A stretch of 63,977 nucleotides of DNA, filler included. It is 8 parts of 8 records of this genome, joined end to end, with 100 filler letters (N's around TTAATTAATTAA, not from the genome) between each part and the next. Parts side by side here need not be neighbours in the genome. Positions count along the whole stretch, not along the records: positions 58,748 to 63,977 come from SRR31147125_12423; 7 more parts are not named here. The stretch is one strand, 5' to 3'. How positions within the stretch are numbered: position 1 is the stretch's first letter; each line of letters opens with the position of its first letter. Both the position numbers and the translations under genes were made by a program. The notes below the pieces were generated by a model. That model ran no database searches and was not told where the DNA came from. It saw nothing but the letters and a program-made list of their open reading frames with translations. Shown piece after piece: positions 61,409 to 63,977 of this stretch.

Positions 61409-63082
61409 ATGAAGTATATCTTTTTGATTATACTGGTTTTGTTAGGGTTTTATATGCGAATCGTCTGCCCTTCAGCGGATCCACCTCATTGGTCGTATGT
61501 TTATAATACGGATGAGGGACACTACTCATATAATACCCATAATAAACTGAAGTATGGGGAATGGTTTGTGAACGAAGCTCACTATTCACTTATCACCCCG
61601 CTGTTTTCATATATTCAGTACAAAGTAGCCACTATCGTGGATTCAGATAGTCGTATTTCACGCTATCGATCAATAAGTATATTATGTGGGATTTTGTCCT
61701 GTGTATGCATGGCATTCTATTTTAGAGAAAAGTGGGTTCAATATGCTGCTATAACAATCTGTTCCATTTCATTTATCGGGATTGTACATTCACGCATTGG
61801 CATACCTGAAGCGATGCTCACATTATTTTTCCAAATAACAATCCTGACATCATGGATTGGATACACCAGGAATAGCATATTTTTGTCCTGTCTCTCAGGT
61901 ATCCTAGCTGTTGCTTCAATCACCGTCAAAACGACTGGACTACTTATCGTTCCTGTTATCCTGCTTGCACCGGTAATTCATTTAGCGAATCATGATGGTA
62001 ATCGAAGGTATCTGATCAGTGCCATTGCGGGGGTGGTTTGCGGTCTCTTGATATGGTTTTTCGTGGTTATTTTTCCCAATAGAGAGGCCTGGAGCTACAT
62101 GCAGTCTATGGCTACTCAATACGGCAGGGATTCCATTATCTTAAATCCCTATGTGCTTCTAAAATCAATATTCAAATTCATGTTATCGCCTGCGTTGCAG
62201 ACGATTCCTATCCTCTGGTCCATGGCGTTGTGCTGGTGTGTTTTTATTTTCGCCCCGCAATTTAAAAGTAAATCTAACAGCTTCCTCGATACTTTAATGT
62301 TCTTGTGGCTTATCATTGTGGGGCTCGGCCTGGCTCTACCGGCATATCAACCTGCCAGATGGCAATTGGTTATTTTCCCACCAATTATTTACTGTGGCCT
62401 ACGCTTTGTCCGAGATTGCAAGGATAGAAACATAATGATTTTTGCCTTTCTACTGGCGGTAATTCTTGCACTGTTGAGTACCACTGTATTTTCGAAAAAT
62501 ATTTTAGAGTTGACGACGAATATCAATCCTGGAAATGGTATTTTCAGTAATGTCCTTTTTCCTCTTATCCTTGTTTCGGCAGGCATTGCAACATACTTTA
62601 TCGCGAAAAAGTATTGTAGAGAACATTGGAAAGTGATCAGTGCTACTGTCCTTGTGTTGAATCTAACAGTACAAATTCCATTGCACGCTGTGTATTTGAT
62701 TCCGTCATATGTTCGAGACAGTCAATGGCATAATGTTTCTATCTATTTAGAACAGCTTTCTGTTAACGGAAATGAAGTATTCTCAGGTGATATAACTCAA
62801 GACCTTGCGTTACACTCGGATATACATGTTCTTCCTACCTTCTATTTAGTTGAAAGAGAAAACGATCCTTCATTAAAGAAATACTATGGAAATGCAGACC
62901 AACCTCCTTCCTATTTTATTCTTGCTGACTATAAACAAAGTCGATTGCAGTCTGAAGCACCTGAGTTTGTTAAACACATAAAAGAAATTTCTCGTTTCCC
63001 TCTTCTAATTGGTGGTCTTGGATATAGAAATTATTATCTTTACAAAATTACTTCATATGCATGGTTAGACTCTGGCAAATAA
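61409..63082 (+). CDS. GT39/ArnT-like membrane glycosyltransferase
   Basis: NTDEG loop motif, PLF, R..SIL.G, SR...PE, VK and QPARW; polytopic. Confidence 0.75.
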   Translation: MKYIFLIILVLLGFYMRIVCPSADPPHWSYVYNTDEGHYSYNTHNKLKYGEWFVNEAHYSLITPLFSYIQYKVATIVDSDSRISRYRSISILCGILSCVCMAFYFREKWVQYAAITICSISFIGIVHSRIGIPEAMLTLFFQITILTSWIGYTRNSIFLSCLSGILAVASITVKTTGLLIVPVILLAPVIHLANHDGNRRYLISAIAGVVCGLLIWFFVVIFPNREAWSYMQSMATQYGRDSIILNPYVLLKSIFKFMLSPALQTIPILWSMALCWCVFIFAPQFKSKSNSFLDTLMFLWLIIVGLGLALPAYQPARWQLVIFPPIIYCGLRFVRDCKDRNIMIFAFLLAVILALLSTTVFSKNILELTTNINPGNGIFSNVLFPLILVSAGIATYFIAKKYCREHWKVISATVLVLNLTVQIPLHAVYLIPSYVRDSQWHNVSIYLEQLSVNGNEVFSGDITQDLALHSDIHVLPTFYLVERENDPSLKKYYGNADQPPSYFILADYKQSRLQSEAPEFVKHIKEISRFPLLIGGLGYRNYYLYKITSYAWLDSGK

Positions 63083-63225
63083 AATGACTATCGATCTTAT
63101 TATTCAAGGTCCCCTTGCCCTTATAATTGGAATTGACTGAGAGTCAGGATTATATTTGCCCGAACTAAAGGTGAGAGCATGTACGGCCAAGTCATATGCA
63201 ATTCAGATAGTTGAAAGGAAAACCC

Positions 63226-63977
63226 ATGGGCTTTGTCCCCCAAAAAAACGGCACAGTGACGATAGGTCGCACGGCTCTCTGTATTTTATTATCAGGGGCC
63301 AGAAAGTAATAGTACAGCGGAGTGGAGGCAGCTATTCGTTTCCGTCATGGACGGATCTTTCAGGATGCGATCTGGACCTGGAAAAAGCTCATTTTATCGG
63401 CTATTGGGATGATGATATCTGCTATGCGCTTGAATATATCGATCATGTACCGTTGCCCGATCGGTTCGAACCCATGCCTATCCGTAATGCCTTCACCCAA
63501 TTCTCCACACATGCCATTCAGGCAATCAGTCTGGCAAAACAGATACTGACCTGGGATAAGGAATATCGTTTCTGCGGTCGCTGCGGCCATCCGACAACCG
63601 AGCTGTCCGGTGAGCGCGCAAAGATTTGTAATAAATGCGGTTCCGTAAACTACCCGAGGCTGTCCCCTTCAATTATCGTTTCGGTGGCCAGAGATAATCA
63701 ACTATTGCTCGCCCGCTCGGACCATTTCCCGAAAAACATGTATTCTGTTCTCGCGGGTTTTGTTGAACCTGGTGAAACACTCGAGGAGTGTATTCAGAGA
63801 GAAGTCCTGGAAGAGGTGGGAATTGAAGTTCAGAATATACGATATTTTGGCAGCCAGAACTGGCCGTTTCCCCACTCATTGATGATCGGCTTCACTGCAG
63901 ATTATCTGAGAGGCGAGATCAGCATCGATAACGATGAGATCGTCGATGCCGGGTGGTTCCGGGCAAAGGAGTTTCCG
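63226..63977 (+). CDS. nudC: NAD(+) diphosphatase NudC, 3' truncated, frameshift near 63237-63248
   Basis: Manual translation: RFCGRCG, CNKCG..NYPRLSP, Nudix box AGFVEPGETLEECIQREVLEEVG and SQNWPFPHSLM; absent from the ORF track. Confidence 0.93.

Noticed and set aside
38-63248. About a dozen frameshifted genes (permease, truB, yitT, response regulator, GH29, def, lipase, PD40, tannase, GT-C, nudC) as programmed frameshifts, phase variation or pseudogenes
   Set aside because: They occur across most contigs, mostly at homopolymer runs, and include housekeeping genes. Sequencing or assembly indels are the simplest explanation; read mapping would settle it.
1-63977. CRISPR arrays, cas genes, transposases, integrases, rRNA, and the many short antisense ORFs in the track
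   Set aside because: No repeat-spacer array or such genes were seen. The short antisense ORFs are shadows of well-supported genes on the opposite strand.

Overview
The window is not one locus. It is eight unrelated contigs joined by 100-nt N44-TTAATTAATTAA-N44 linkers: 1-5354, 5455-15320, 15421-21723, 21824-37011, 37112-45905, 46006-51607, 51708-58647 and 58748-63977. Lineage labels are inferred from sequence style. (1) A nucleoside uptake/salvage cassette next to a tRNA-Cys with att-like signals. (2) A Clostridia-like housekeeping region (truB, ribF, orphan MazF, MATE, HtrA plus a two-component system). (3) A Bacteroidota sulfated-fucan glycan locus. (4) A Fusobacteria-like AT-rich contig (MacAB-TolC, an ODP-like di-iron protein plus GGDEF, def, tldD/pmbA). 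(5) A Bacteroidota ECF/FecR/SusC system followed by a tannase, gallate/protocatechuate decarboxylase, UbiX and FMN reductase cluster. (6) A planctomycete-like contig with a giant GLUG-containing flagellin. (7) A Bacteroidota methionine operon (DUF39, NIL-ferredoxin, UPF0280, metH) under a SAM-I riboswitch and a Met/Cys-rich uORF, interrupted by an ATPase gene and by a DUF559 nuclease gene flanked by inverted REP-like palindromes. (8) A deltaproteobacterial-like contig with a c-di-GMP-I riboswitch ahead of an orphan 70-aa membrane protein, two GT-C glycosyltransferases and nudC. Many genes carry single-base frameshifts, mostly at homopolymer runs, which are probably sequencing errors. The best leads are the tandem SAM riboswitch plus leader peptide, the DUF559/palindrome element, the GLUG flagellin, the ODP-DGC pair and the Bacteroidota tannin cluster. 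Family assignments come from motif recognition; no database searches were run.
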